Shown here: positions 1-9,418 of the stretch, piece after piece
Layout of the letters: each line of letters opens with the position of its first letter
Numbering within the stretch: position 1 is the first letter of the stretch
Virus record (IMG/VR): IMGVR_UViG_3300010160_000035
Span: 15,639 to 79,638 of that record
Strand: one strand, 5' to 3'
Source: a virus
DNA: 64,000 bases
The notes under the pieces: model-generated
What the model was told of the DNA's origin: nothing
Databases searched by the model: none
Seen by the model: only the letters and a program-made list of their open reading frames with translations
Translations under genes and position numbers: made by a program

Positions 1-129
1 ACAAGGGAATCTACCTGCTTTAATTTCGTTTACATAAGCAATGTATTCTGCTTTCATTTCCTCATTTGGGTCTGTAGCTGGTTTTGCTACATCTACCACT
101 TCTTCAAAACTTACTGTTTCTTCTGTCAT
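1..129 (-). CDS. Hypothetical protein, N-terminal part (runs off the window edge)
   Basis: ATG at 129 after an A-rich leader; frame MTEETVSFEEVVDVAKPATDPNEEMKAEYIAY is open to the edge. Confidence 0.6.
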   Translation of the reverse strand, partial: MTEETVSFEEVVDVAKPATDPNEEMKAEYIAYVNEIKAGRFPC

Positions 130-149
130 TTTTCTTGTTTTTGTTGTTG

Positions 150-1388
150 TTAATAGTAACCTCTCCCTTTTGAGAGGTGATTGTCATAATAAGCATCTTT
201 TTCATCAAGATAGTTAAAGCATTCTAAGCAATAGCTTTGCTGCATTCCTGCATCCCACATAGTATCTTTGTGAGAACAAGGTGCACCTACTTTGTCAAAA
301 AATAAATCTAACTGTTTAATGTTATCTGCTTTATTGTCAATAGGTTCAAAACTTTGATTATACTGTTTTTCTATTTTAAATTCTTCTTCTTTTTGTTCTA
401 TATAATCTAAGATTAAATACTCAAGAGGAGCAAATTCATCTGCAAATTCTATCATTTCTACATCACGCTGCTCAATTAAAGCTACAACATAGTCAAATGC
501 TTTACCATAAGCATAAGTATGTTTAGGATTATTGACATAGAGCTTGCTCTTTTTAAAGCCTTCATATAACGCCTCATAAAGTTCTGACTTACTTTCCGTT
601 GGTTTACTCCCGTAGGTAACTGTAGGTCTTGTAAATAAGAAGCGTTTATCAGAATTACTAATAATATCACAAATTACATTGTAGCAATTTGTAACATCTT
701 TAATAGACACATACTCAGTAGATGTATGAGGATTGTAATACCCACAAGAAATATTAAAGCAAGCAATGCCTACATTTCTTTTAGATAAACAACCAGCATC
801 AGTTGCAATACCTACACACTCTTTGTAATTATAGTCTTTAAGAACAGGTGCCACAAATGTACTAAATTCTTCTCCAAATAGTTGCACACCATTTGAATAA
901 TTTATGAAATCTGAGTTATTTTTTCTGTCAGCCTGACCTATAAACATACAATCATCAAAGTATGATAAATCACAAGCACTAGAACCTATGCAACCTATTT
1001 CTTCTGCTACAAAAAATACAACTTTTAAAAAGTTATAGTCTTCCAAAAGTTGTAAACACATAAATACTCCTACAAGGTCATCACCACCAGTACCTATTTG
1101 TCTTGGTCCATCAAATGCTAACAAATAATCACCATTTTGAAATATGGTTTTATTCTGAGCATATTTATGAACTTGATCTAAATGACTTATTATACATGGG
1201 TAAAGACTAGTTTCACCTTTAGTAACATAAATATTACCATGTGTGTCATTCTCTATTTTCAGCTTACCTTTCATCCTAAGATTCAAAGCATCTAAATAGG
1301 CATTTAAAGTAGGAACTATTTGTTCCTGCTCTTTGTTAGACTCAGACTGCCATCCTAGAACCTCTATTAATAATTTTTCGTTAAACAT
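150..1388 (-). CDS. M20/M28-family zinc peptidase-like protein
   Basis: Metal-ligand motifs SHLDQVH, GGDDLVG, AEEIGCIGS, QADRK and HT; C-terminal C..H..CxxC. Confidence 0.75.
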   Translation of the reverse strand: MFNEKLLIEVLGWQSESNKEQEQIVPTLNAYLDALNLRMKGKLKIENDTHGNIYVTKGETSLYPCIISHLDQVHKYAQNKTIFQNGDYLLAFDGPRQIGTGGDDLVGVFMCLQLLEDYNFLKVVFFVAEEIGCIGSSACDLSYFDDCMFIGQADRKNNSDFINYSNGVQLFGEEFSTFVAPVLKDYNYKECVGIATDAGCLSKRNVGIACFNISCGYYNPHTSTEYVSIKDVTNCYNVICDIISNSDKRFLFTRPTVTYGSKPTESKSELYEALYEGFKKSKLYVNNPKHTYAYGKAFDYVVALIEQRDVEMIEFADEFAPLEYLILDYIEQKEEEFKIEKQYNQSFEPIDNKADNIKQLDLFFDKVGAPCSHKDTMWDAGMQQSYCLECFNYLDEKDAYYDNHLSKGRGYY

Positions 1389-1392
1389 TGTG

Positions 1393-3195
1393 TTAAAATA
1401 TAATGTGTTGTTCTTGTTGACTATCTGTTGCTATGTCATTAATTTGACTTAGCATTGTCTGTAATTCAGGGTTAGAAGCTATAAGTCTAGCTATATTAGC
1501 ATTTGGAGTATAACCAGTTATTTGTTCATGTATTCCTGCTCCTGTTGCTACAATATTAACTGGGCCAGGATTTAATGTACCAACTTCATTTAAAGCAGCT
1601 ATAGTATAAGGATTTTCTTCTACTTCTTGCTCTGAATCTAAATCTTCCTCATCCCAATCTAAATCTTCTTCATAATCTTCATCAGCTTCATCAATATCAG
1701 AATCAGAATCATTTAATGTTACTGTATCAATCCTAAGAATTGGATCTATACCATAGCTTGTATTGACAAATCTTGTATCATATACTTTACCATTATCGTA
1801 ATAAACATGATTGTTATCAACAAGTTCACCAGATAATTCACAAGCAGTAAAGAAATTTAATTCATTAACAGATGCTTGCATAGTAAATGCATTTATGTAC
1901 TGAAAATTATCTATATAAGGAACATCATAACTACTACTAATGTTAGATTGTTGCATTATAGCTACTTGATATCTAACAGCATAAGTTTGCTTATCAATAG
2001 CAGAAGGTATCCAATCTAAAGCTACTTTGTAGTTATCATCATACTGTTTAGTCCAGTTACCTGGGCCTTGATTAAGTAAGTTTTTAGTACTACAAGATTT
2101 TCTATGCTCATAGATATTTTTAATATTATTTTCTTTAGCATATCTGTGAAACAAAGTAATAAGCTTAGTATCTACAGAATAAATTCTATCCATAAATACA
2201 GTACCATCAGTTGTAGTAACTAATAGTGCTCTAGCCATAATAGAATCTGTTTGACCTGCTTTCATAATAAGCAATCTAAAGTTAGAATTCTTAGCATAGA
2301 ACTTTATAACATGACTTTTACTACTATCACGCATACAAGAATTACCTAGTTCACCAGTCATTCTAAAATAACTGTCTTTAAGATAATATTTTATAATATC
2401 ATCACCAACAACTACTGAAAATAAATTAGAGTCAAAACATGTTAGCATTTTATTATACTCTATATAAGCATTAACAGTAGCTTCAGATACTTCAGGAAGA
2501 TGGTCTTTAAAGAATTTACCTATACCCATAGTTCTATGATAAGAAGCTGAATCTTCATTCCATCCATTAGCAACAGCATAAGCATATTTTTCTTTAGTTA
2601 CATAAACAATGTTATTTTCATCTATATGCTTAAAATAGTATATCTCACCTACTTCATTTACAGCACTATAAAAACGATAACTATTAATATTAGGCACCAT
2701 TCTATGTAATTCTGAATATAAAGCACCTTTACTAACTCTAACTTTATGTTCATTACGATTTAAAGGTAAATTACCTACATACATAGCAGCTGAAATTACA
2801 ATTTGACCATCAGGATTTTGATATATATAATAATCTAATTCCATCTTTTCACAGATTGTATAGCCTTTACTTTTCATAACACAAAAAGATATACTATTCA
2901 TAGCATTTTCATGATATCTGTTAATACTGCTAATATAAGTATTTGTATACCCATCTACTACTATAAGACTTTTTCTTCTATCAACAAAACGCACATTTGA
3001 ATCTACATAACCTATACCAGTAAGGTGATGCCAATCTACGTCTGTTATTGTTAAATACAATACTTTAGTATCATTATTATAACTTAATGCAGCTTTAAAC
3101 CTTCTAGATTTAGATTGTTTAAACAGGAAAATCAGTTCATCTGGAAATTTTATTTTTGCATCGCCTTGTTGGTTTGTTATTATTATTTTTCCCAT
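1393..3195 (-). CDS. Conserved phage hypothetical protein with acidic C-terminal tract
   Basis: 600 aa ORF with SCMR, ARALL and FMDRIY motifs; D/E-rich tail. Confidence 0.6.
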   Translation of the reverse strand: MGKIIITNQQGDAKIKFPDELIFLFKQSKSRRFKAALSYNNDTKVLYLTITDVDWHHLTGIGYVDSNVRFVDRRKSLIVVDGYTNTYISSINRYHENAMNSISFCVMKSKGYTICEKMELDYYIYQNPDGQIVISAAMYVGNLPLNRNEHKVRVSKGALYSELHRMVPNINSYRFYSAVNEVGEIYYFKHIDENNIVYVTKEKYAYAVANGWNEDSASYHRTMGIGKFFKDHLPEVSEATVNAYIEYNKMLTCFDSNLFSVVVGDDIIKYYLKDSYFRMTGELGNSCMRDSSKSHVIKFYAKNSNFRLLIMKAGQTDSIMARALLVTTTDGTVFMDRIYSVDTKLITLFHRYAKENNIKNIYEHRKSCSTKNLLNQGPGNWTKQYDDNYKVALDWIPSAIDKQTYAVRYQVAIMQQSNISSSYDVPYIDNFQYINAFTMQASVNELNFFTACELSGELVDNNHVYYDNGKVYDTRFVNTSYGIDPILRIDTVTLNDSDSDIDEADEDYEEDLDWDEEDLDSEQEVEENPYTIAALNEVGTLNPGPVNIVATGAGIHEQITGYTPNANIARLIASNPELQTMLSQINDIATDSQQEQHIIF

Positions 3196-3208
3196 ATTAA
3201 AAAATATA

Positions 3209-3238
3209 AAAGCCCCTACTTTTTACAGCAGGGGCTTA
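3209..3238 (-). terminator. Probable intrinsic terminator hairpin
   Basis: AAGCCCCT...AGGGGCTT inverted repeat followed by a U-run on the minus strand. Confidence 0.6.
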
Positions 3239-3247
3239 AATTGTTTA

Positions 3248-3733
3248 TTAGCGTTGGCTAGTTACAAATAGTAATGCTAGATTACCATAAGATTCAGCAT
3301 CAGTTGTTGTAGCAACCCAGTTACCATCCTTCAAAGTTACATGGTAACGTGTTGGTGATTTCTTTTGGCTTCTTACTTTGTTGTACAAAGCACAAATAGT
3401 ATCAGCATCAGGTACTTGTGGCAATTCTGCTTCTGGCTCATGTAGATTAACTTCATCATGGTCAGTATCAGGAGTATAGCTATCTATTAGATTTCTAACA
3501 AAATCAAAGATACCACCATCTTCCAATAAATCAAATACCATACTTGATTCTTTAGCAGCAAATTCTTCAGTTCTAATCCAATTTACATCGAATTTCTTGC
3601 TACCTGTTGTTAAATACATACCTTCCTCTATATCACAGATATTAGGAGATATTGAACAATTTAATTGTTGTGCAAATGCAATACATGCTCTTGCTACATT
3701 GATGTCGTCTACATAAAAGATTTCTCTTGTCAT
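3248..3733 (-). CDS. Hypothetical protein
   Basis: 161 aa ORF within the operon. Confidence 0.6.
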   Translation of the reverse strand: MTREIFYVDDINVARACIAFAQQLNCSISPNICDIEEGMYLTTGSKKFDVNWIRTEEFAAKESSMVFDLLEDGGIFDFVRNLIDSYTPDTDHDEVNLHEPEAELPQVPDADTICALYNKVRSQKKSPTRYHVTLKDGNWVATTTDAESYGNLALLFVTSQR

Positions 3734-3745
3734 TTTAATTTGTTT

Positions 3746-4789
3746 TTAAATTTGTTGATTGTAATAATTGTTTATTTCTAATGAGTCTGGAGCAGGTAAT
3801 TCAAAGAATTTACCAGATTCAGGTTTAACATAAAGACCTTTTGCTATACCATCTCTTGATAATCTGTTCTTGATTATCTTAAGCATAAGCATTTTGTCTT
3901 TAAGTTTACTAAGGTCATAGCCAAGGCTTGTATCCATATCTAATTTATATGGGCACATTAAACCTAAAACTATGTCAGCATCTTGATAAGGATTAGTGGT
4001 ATCTTTGAAATCCCCTTGTGAAGGAGACAGATCTACACCCTTAAATTTTTGACGGTCCACTGAAGATAAACCTTGGTTAAATTGTTGAAGTATTATGGGT
4101 GTAAATCCAAAAATATTCCGCAAAATCACAAAGTACTCACTCATCTTATCCATCACCTCCTTAGTTTGAAATCCTCTTTCTTTTTTAAGTAAGTATAAGT
4201 GGTCTAAAGCTACTATATTATAAGCATATGGATTATTTGGTTTATAACCACATATTCTTTGTTTAGTTTTACCTTCATGATCCTTATACTCTTCATACTG
4301 GATTTCACCATGAAGACTTGCAAATTTCCACAGCTCATTAAAGATACCAGTTGGGTTAGTAGACTCAAATCTAAAATGAATTTTGTCTGCCATTTCCTCT
4401 ACCATTGTTATGATAGGTTCTATAACTGCTACTTCTTGAGGTGTTAATCTAAAATCTCCAAGGCCTTTAATTTTCTCTGGTGGTATTACTACTCCATGTA
4501 ATTGATAAGCAAAAGATGATACCCAATTGCACATCTTAGTTAGCTTGTCAATCTCAAAGGAATAATAAAAGACATTGCATTCAATATCATTATCACTAGC
4601 AGACTTCATAGCATTCCTGACTATATAATCCAACAGAGTTGTCTTATAAGTACCTGAAGAACCACCTATTAGATAGTAGGTTCCACGTTGAACACCAAAA
4701 GTGTACTTGTTTAAATCTTTGAATCCATTAGCTAATCCTTGAAATTTACCTTCCAGACCTTCATTAATTCTTTTTGTTAAAATACTCAT
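3746..4789 (-). CDS. dnaB: DnaB-like (SF4) replicative helicase
   Basis: Walker A GSSGTYKTT, YYSFEI, Walker B VALDHL, LQQFNQ, QDADIV, IIKNR. Confidence 0.85.
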   Translation of the reverse strand: MSILTKRINEGLEGKFQGLANGFKDLNKYTFGVQRGTYYLIGGSSGTYKTTLLDYIVRNAMKSASDNDIECNVFYYSFEIDKLTKMCNWVSSFAYQLHGVVIPPEKIKGLGDFRLTPQEVAVIEPIITMVEEMADKIHFRFESTNPTGIFNELWKFASLHGEIQYEEYKDHEGKTKQRICGYKPNNPYAYNIVALDHLYLLKKERGFQTKEVMDKMSEYFVILRNIFGFTPIILQQFNQGLSSVDRQKFKGVDLSPSQGDFKDTTNPYQDADIVLGLMCPYKLDMDTSLGYDLSKLKDKMLMLKIIKNRLSRDGIAKGLYVKPESGKFFELPAPDSLEINNYYNQQI

Positions 4790-5289
4790 ACTCTTTCCAC
4801 CCTTTCTTGAGTGTCTTGAATATCCAAATCAGCATATTTATCCCAGGTTTGTTGATTAAACCAGGTTCTAATATCTTGAAAGAATGCTTCATTATTACCT
4901 TTCTTCCTAAGAAGAATCTCATTCTGAAGACCTTTCATCATTTTAGCACCTATGTTAACATCTTGCCTTTGATAAATTCTGTACTTAGTCAAGCAATGTT
5001 TCCCATCACCAGAATCAATGCTCTTAGCTTTCAGTACACGATTACCTATCTTATGAGGATATAAATCATATACTCTTACAAAGAGCATGGTAGCATCATC
5101 TGCTTTGGGAAACATTACTTGTTCACAATGGCTTGTTAAATTACCATCTGTGTTCATCAAACCTAGCTCAAATAGAGTTTCTATATCTAAATCATTAGCT
5201 AGATTATATTTCTTGCATTGCAAATAGGCATACTCTACAGGAGTAATACCTAAATTTGCAGAATCATCAGTATCAATTGTCAGTATCAT
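4786..5289 (-). CDS. Putative replication initiator or helicase-loader-like protein
   Basis: Overlaps the helicase start; YDLYP and TWFNQQTWDKY resemble phage replication-protein C-termini. Confidence 0.45.
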   Translation of the reverse strand: MILTIDTDDSANLGITPVEYAYLQCKKYNLANDLDIETLFELGLMNTDGNLTSHCEQVMFPKADDATMLFVRVYDLYPHKIGNRVLKAKSIDSGDGKHCLTKYRIYQRQDVNIGAKMMKGLQNEILLRKKGNNEAFFQDIRTWFNQQTWDKYADLDIQDTQERVERV

Positions 5290-5743
5290 TTGATAGTTTT
5301 AATTTATCTAATAACGTATCCTCATCTAAATCTGCTAACTGCACTAAACATTTTGACAATAGAACTATAGAATTACATTCTTTTTCTCTCATCTCCATAT
5401 CTGGTGAACCACCTAACATACATTCAATGTATTTATTGTGAAAGAATATAAGTAAATCAGCAGCACTTGGTGCTATGAATAATATAAACTCTTTTTCTAA
5501 ATTACCTGAATCTTTACCTGATGAGAAAAATGCTATTGTATCATCTTTAGTATCAAAGATTGTCATTACATCTTTATTCTCTTTAACTTCATTAAGAACA
5601 TCATAAAGGTCTTCTTTACCATCCTTAAAGTTTTCAGAATAATCTGTAATGGCATCTAATCCTACTAATACTTGTACATTATTTGAATCCATAATTGTTG
5701 TATAATATTGAATACTCATCTTGCTCAACAATTCTCTCATCAA
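5273..5743 (-). CDS. Hypothetical protein (true start may be downstream, near 5692)
   Basis: ORF within a tightly packed operon. Confidence 0.55.
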   Translation of the reverse strand: MMRELLSKMSIQYYTTIMDSNNVQVLVGLDAITDYSENFKDGKEDLYDVLNEVKENKDVMTIFDTKDDTIAFFSSGKDSGNLEKEFILFIAPSAADLLIFFHNKYIECMLGGSPDMEMREKECNSIVLLSKCLVQLADLDEDTLLDKLKLSNDTDN

Positions 5744-5900
5744 TTAGTTCTTCAATAGTTGCAAGTGGTATGTTTTCATCATATACATCTTGTATTAGCT
5801 CTCTAATCTTGAATGCAGAATCACTCCATATTCCTGGATAGATAGCTTGTACACAATTGATACAGAAAACAATTTCATCTTTTTCTAAAGTACTTGTCAT
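5679..5900 (-). CDS. Hypothetical protein
   Basis: 73 aa ORF overlapping the helicase stop (ATGA). Confidence 0.55.
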   Translation of the reverse strand: MTSTLEKDEIVFCINCVQAIYPGIWSDSAFKIRELIQDVYDENIPLATIEELIDERIVEQDEYSILYNNYGFK

Positions 5901-7030
5901 AAGTTTTTTGAATTTAAATAAGTTATCTTTTGTTTATCTAGGTTCTCAGAACATTTAGTCCACCATACCTCATCTTGAGTGCCTACAGCAACTAATACCC
6001 AAATAGTAGCTTCATGGTCAGGTCTCCACCTAACAATTCTACCTGTCTGTTGTATTAAGTTTCTTTCAACACTATTAATCTGAATGATAATAGCAGAATC
6101 CAAGTCTGGAATATTCTGACCCTCATTTAAAGCTTTGACGCAGCTAAGTTGCTGAATTTGCTTGCTGCGTAACTTTTCTAAAGCTTTATCTGAGGATTTT
6201 GAATGAAAAGTGTCTGAACACAACTCTTCAGCTTGAGCAATAGAATGGCAAAAGAACAAAGCTCTTTCACCAACCATATACTTATCTTTAATTAGTTTGG
6301 CAACATCCATTTTGGATTTAAGATTCCCAAGAAATCGTTGTCTTGCTAATTGTGCAAACATAGCAGCTTTAATTCTGCCACCATATTTATGTTGCAATAT
6401 CAATTTAGATAGATATTGATAATGGCTATACTCAGTAGTCATAAAGGGTTTATCCTTTGAGCCTGCTGTTATATACTTATCAACACTATTTAATTGAATT
6501 TCCACTAGATTGATTTTATAAGGTGCAACAACACTATCTTCAACTGCTGAATCTAATCTGTACTCATATATCACTGGACAGTGAATTTTGAGTAACATTT
6601 TTTTGGTTTCATCTGTTGGTGGTGTGGCTGATAACCCTAGTATCCTAGTGGATACATTTTGCATAAAGAACTTACTATTACTTTCAGTAATGTTATGCAA
6701 TTCATCAAGTATTACTAAATCATAATTTTCATCAAAGATTTTATTAATGGATACATAACAATATCTATCAAGATACTTGTAGTATTTTGTCATCTTCCAT
6801 TTCTTAAATTCTTCTAGCCAATTATGGTCTCGTAAACTCTCTGTTGGTACAATTAAGCATATCTTTGGTTTCTTGACTCCTAGCGTCTTAATTATGTAGT
6901 CTATAGCAAGTAATGCCACCTTACTCTTTCCAGAGCCTGTAGCCATAGCTAATGCACCTACACATTTATTATCTACCCAAGTTTGTAATGCTTCATCTTG
7001 TATTTCACTTTTCTTATTTTGAACCATCAA
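5897..7030 (-). CDS. Superfamily 2 (DExH-box) helicase
   Basis: MATGSGKS, IVPT, LDELH, GLSATP, LNEGQNIP, QQTGRIVR. Confidence 0.9.
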   Translation of the reverse strand: MMVQNKKSEIQDEALQTWVDNKCVGALAMATGSGKSKVALLAIDYIIKTLGVKKPKICLIVPTESLRDHNWLEEFKKWKMTKYYKYLDRYCYVSINKIFDENYDLVILDELHNITESNSKFFMQNVSTRILGLSATPPTDETKKMLLKIHCPVIYEYRLDSAVEDSVVAPYKINLVEIQLNSVDKYITAGSKDKPFMTTEYSHYQYLSKLILQHKYGGRIKAAMFAQLARQRFLGNLKSKMDVAKLIKDKYMVGERALFFCHSIAQAEELCSDTFHSKSSDKALEKLRSKQIQQLSCVKALNEGQNIPDLDSAIIIQINSVERNLIQQTGRIVRWRPDHEATIWVLVAVGTQDEVWWTKCSENLDKQKITYLNSKNL

Positions 7031-7319
7031 TTTTATCTAAACATCTTTGTTCTAATATCTCAAAGATATTCACGAAAGTACTATTAGGTCTATTACTAGC
7101 ATAGCCATTAGCAAAATATAATTCTTCTGAACAGAAGTATAGTAAGTCTAAAGCATTACCTTTAGATATCTTAACTTCTAAAATTTCAAAAGATGGATCT
7201 GAACCTGGATCTGCATCATCAACAGGATATAATATTTCTGGTTCTCCTTCATCATATATACCTGATATTTCAAGTTCTACATCATGGTCAATTTCAATAG
7301 TTATTGTGTCTGTTGTCAT
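7014..7319 (-). CDS. Hypothetical acidic protein
   Basis: ORF with overlapping start and stop. Confidence 0.55.
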   Translation of the reverse strand: MTTDTITIEIDHDVELEISGIYDEGEPEILYPVDDADPGSDPSFEILEVKISKGNALDLLYFCSEELYFANGYASNRPNSTFVNIFEILEQRCLDKIDGSK

Positions 7320-7744
7320 AATCTCTTATTTCTTAAGTGTCGTTGTTTAGTTCTACAATGTTTGCTGTGATCTTTTTTAAACCCACATATAGGGCATTTA
7401 GAGTTTTCGTTGATTAGTTTACCATATCTGGATACACCAGTTAATTTTTGGTTTTCAACAATTTCAAATTCTACTATAGGATTAGATGCTATTCTAGCTT
7501 CAATGTTATCAAATGTAAATTCAAGTTCACGAATATAGTCTACATCATCATAGTGTAATGAAACACCTTTTGCTTCTCCATTTTCAGTATAAGAAATCAT
7601 CCAACCATGTTCTGATTTGATTAGTTCTCCTTTCATATTAACATCATTATTCATAATATCAATTAATTGATCTGAATGAGATTGTGTTTTATTTACTAAA
7701 TCATCCCATTCTTCTTTTGTCTTGTTTGATTTAAGATTTCCCAT
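7316..7744 (-). CDS. Hypothetical protein with C-terminal CxxC..H..C
   Basis: CPICGFKKDHSKHC. Confidence 0.55.
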   Translation of the reverse strand: MGNLKSNKTKEEWDDLVNKTQSHSDQLIDIMNNDVNMKGELIKSEHGWMISYTENGEAKGVSLHYDDVDYIRELEFTFDNIEARIASNPIVEFEIVENQKLTGVSRYGKLINENSKCPICGFKKDHSKHCRTKQRHLRNKRL

Positions 7745-7991
7745 CTTGTAGCTTTTTTAGTTTTTGCTCAATTTCTAATGTTTTTTCATGAGATACTCCA
7801 CAGTTATAGAATCTAAAAGAGCTAAACTTACTCTTTATCTGAGAATAACTAAAATCAGGAATTTTAATAAACTCTTGAAATTCATTATCTAGATATTCTA
7901 TAGCTTCTGGATTATGCAAATCTAATCCATAATGACCATTTTCTAAATAGTCTGCGTATTTAATATTAAATTCTTCTGCTGTTTTTACCAT
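7731..7991 (-). CDS. Hypothetical phage protein
   Basis: QIKSKFSSFRFY resembles the common QIKEKFGxLRFY phage motif. Confidence 0.55.
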   Translation of the reverse strand: MVKTAEEFNIKYADYLENGHYGLDLHNPEAIEYLDNEFQEFIKIPDFSYSQIKSKFSSFRFYNCGVSHEKTLEIEQKLKKLQDGKS

Positions 7992-8194
7992 TTGTCTAAG
8001 TCTATGTTTGTTGGTCTAATTAATTTGTGTTTAGCTTCTTTCTTGACAAGAGGATTCCTATAAGTACCTTGTCTAAAGACACTAACAGGTTTCCTATGCC
8101 ACCCACTTAAAGATTTTCTCTTATAGTGTGGGTGGTCAAAGTCAGGGTTACAGCTAAGTAAAAATACTAATAGAATTAAGATTAAGAATTTCAT
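7985..8194 (-). CDS. Small putative lipoprotein
   Basis: MKFLILILLVFLLSC: hydrophobic signal plus lipobox. Confidence 0.55.
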   Translation of the reverse strand: MKFLILILLVFLLSCNPDFDHPHYKRKSLSGWHRKPVSVFRQGTYRNPLVKKEAKHKLIRPTNIDLDKW

Positions 8195-8238
8195 AAAGTA
8201 AAGTTTTAAACTTCTTTATTACAAATTCTTATTTTGTA

Positions 8239-8496
8239 CTAGATTTTTAGTACAGTTCCATTCTCAGGTTGATGTTCAATTGATTTAATAATCATTTCTT
8301 CTTTTGTATTAAAATAATTACCTAAATTCATACCTACTGTTATAAATGGTCCACCTGATGGGTCTATAAAATCAATTGTTGTATTATCATTATATCCAAT
8401 TCTGTAATAATCAAAACCAGACATTTTAACTGTGTTATCATCAAGTTTTTCAAACACTATTATATCTCCTTGTCTGTTGTAATAATCTACTTTCAT
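8239..8496 (-). CDS. Hypothetical phage protein
   Basis: NRQGD..F and FIDPSGGPFI motifs. Confidence 0.6.
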   Translation of the reverse strand: MKVDYYNRQGDIIVFEKLDDNTVKMSGFDYYRIGYNDNTTIDFIDPSGGPFITVGMNLGNYFNTKEEMIIKSIEHQPENGTVLKI

Positions 8497-8510
8497 CTTT
8501 TTTGTTAGTT

Positions 8511-9401
8511 TTAGTTAATAAATTTACGAATTACATTACCATTCTCATACTTGATAATCTTAAATCCTGGTGTGTTTAAAGTTGTTGGTAATCCCATAAT
8601 ATCATACACTTTATATTGTAATGAGTATGGATAATAAACACTAATCATTGTGTATTCATGTCTCACACCATTAAAATCATACTCTACTAATCTATAGTAA
8701 TTATTACCTTCATAAGGTTTATCATCTATAGTCTTGTAAGTCAGTGCTTTGATAGAGTTACCACTAGCTTTAGTTCTATTAATCTCTTTAAAGTTAATAG
8801 CATCACTAGATTTCTCAATTACAAAGTAATCAGAACTTGTTTCAGTTGCTGTAGTCCAGCATAAGTTTATTAAATTATCTTGTGTTTCACCTTGAAAACT
8901 TAATAATTCAATTACTAAAGGATTATCTACAAACCAATAAGGGCATATAGCATTAAATCCTTGACAAAATCTACCAACAGCAGTAGCTATTAGTGTCCAT
9001 GTGTAAGTGTGTCCTTCTAATATTTGAAAGGAGTAACCTTCATCCACAAATTGACAAGTGGTGTTATCATATAATCCCGTATACAAAAAATTAACATTTG
9101 TACAAGACAATACACTATAGCCACTGTTAATATAAATGAAGTTATCAGCCACACTATTAAATGTGAAAGAATAGGTAATAGAATTAGAAGCAGGAACAAT
9201 ATTATAACAATACTGGTTGTTTCTAAGGTACTCATAAGAGTCTGGTACATAGCTTATTTCTTTTAGCAATAATGTTGATGTGTCACAGGCAGAATCTAAT
9301 CTGAGGTTACTATCAAACAGGCTATCTTCAATCTTTTTAAATCCTTGTCCTTGTAATGATAATGAAGATATAATCAGCATTAAAATTAAAACAGGTTTCA
9401 T
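8511..9401 (-). CDS. Secreted Bacteroidota-like protein with an Ig-like domain and a reduced T9SS type A-like C-terminus
   Basis: Signal peptide; PLVIELLSFQG..WTTATETSSDYFVIEKS..NYYRL; ends KVYDIMG...RKFIN; TATCTTTG promoter at 9406-9413. Confidence 0.7.
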   Translation of the reverse strand: MKPVLILMLIISSLSLQGQGFKKIEDSLFDSNLRLDSACDTSTLLLKEISYVPDSYEYLRNNQYCYNIVPASNSITYSFTFNSVADNFIYINSGYSVLSCTNVNFLYTGLYDNTTCQFVDEGYSFQILEGHTYTWTLIATAVGRFCQGFNAICPYWFVDNPLVIELLSFQGETQDNLINLCWTTATETSSDYFVIEKSSDAINFKEINRTKASGNSIKALTYKTIDDKPYEGNNYYRLVEYDFNGVRHEYTMISVYYPYSLQYKVYDIMGLPTTLNTPGFKIIKYENGNVIRKFIN

Positions 9402-9418
9402 AGAACAAAGATACGGAA

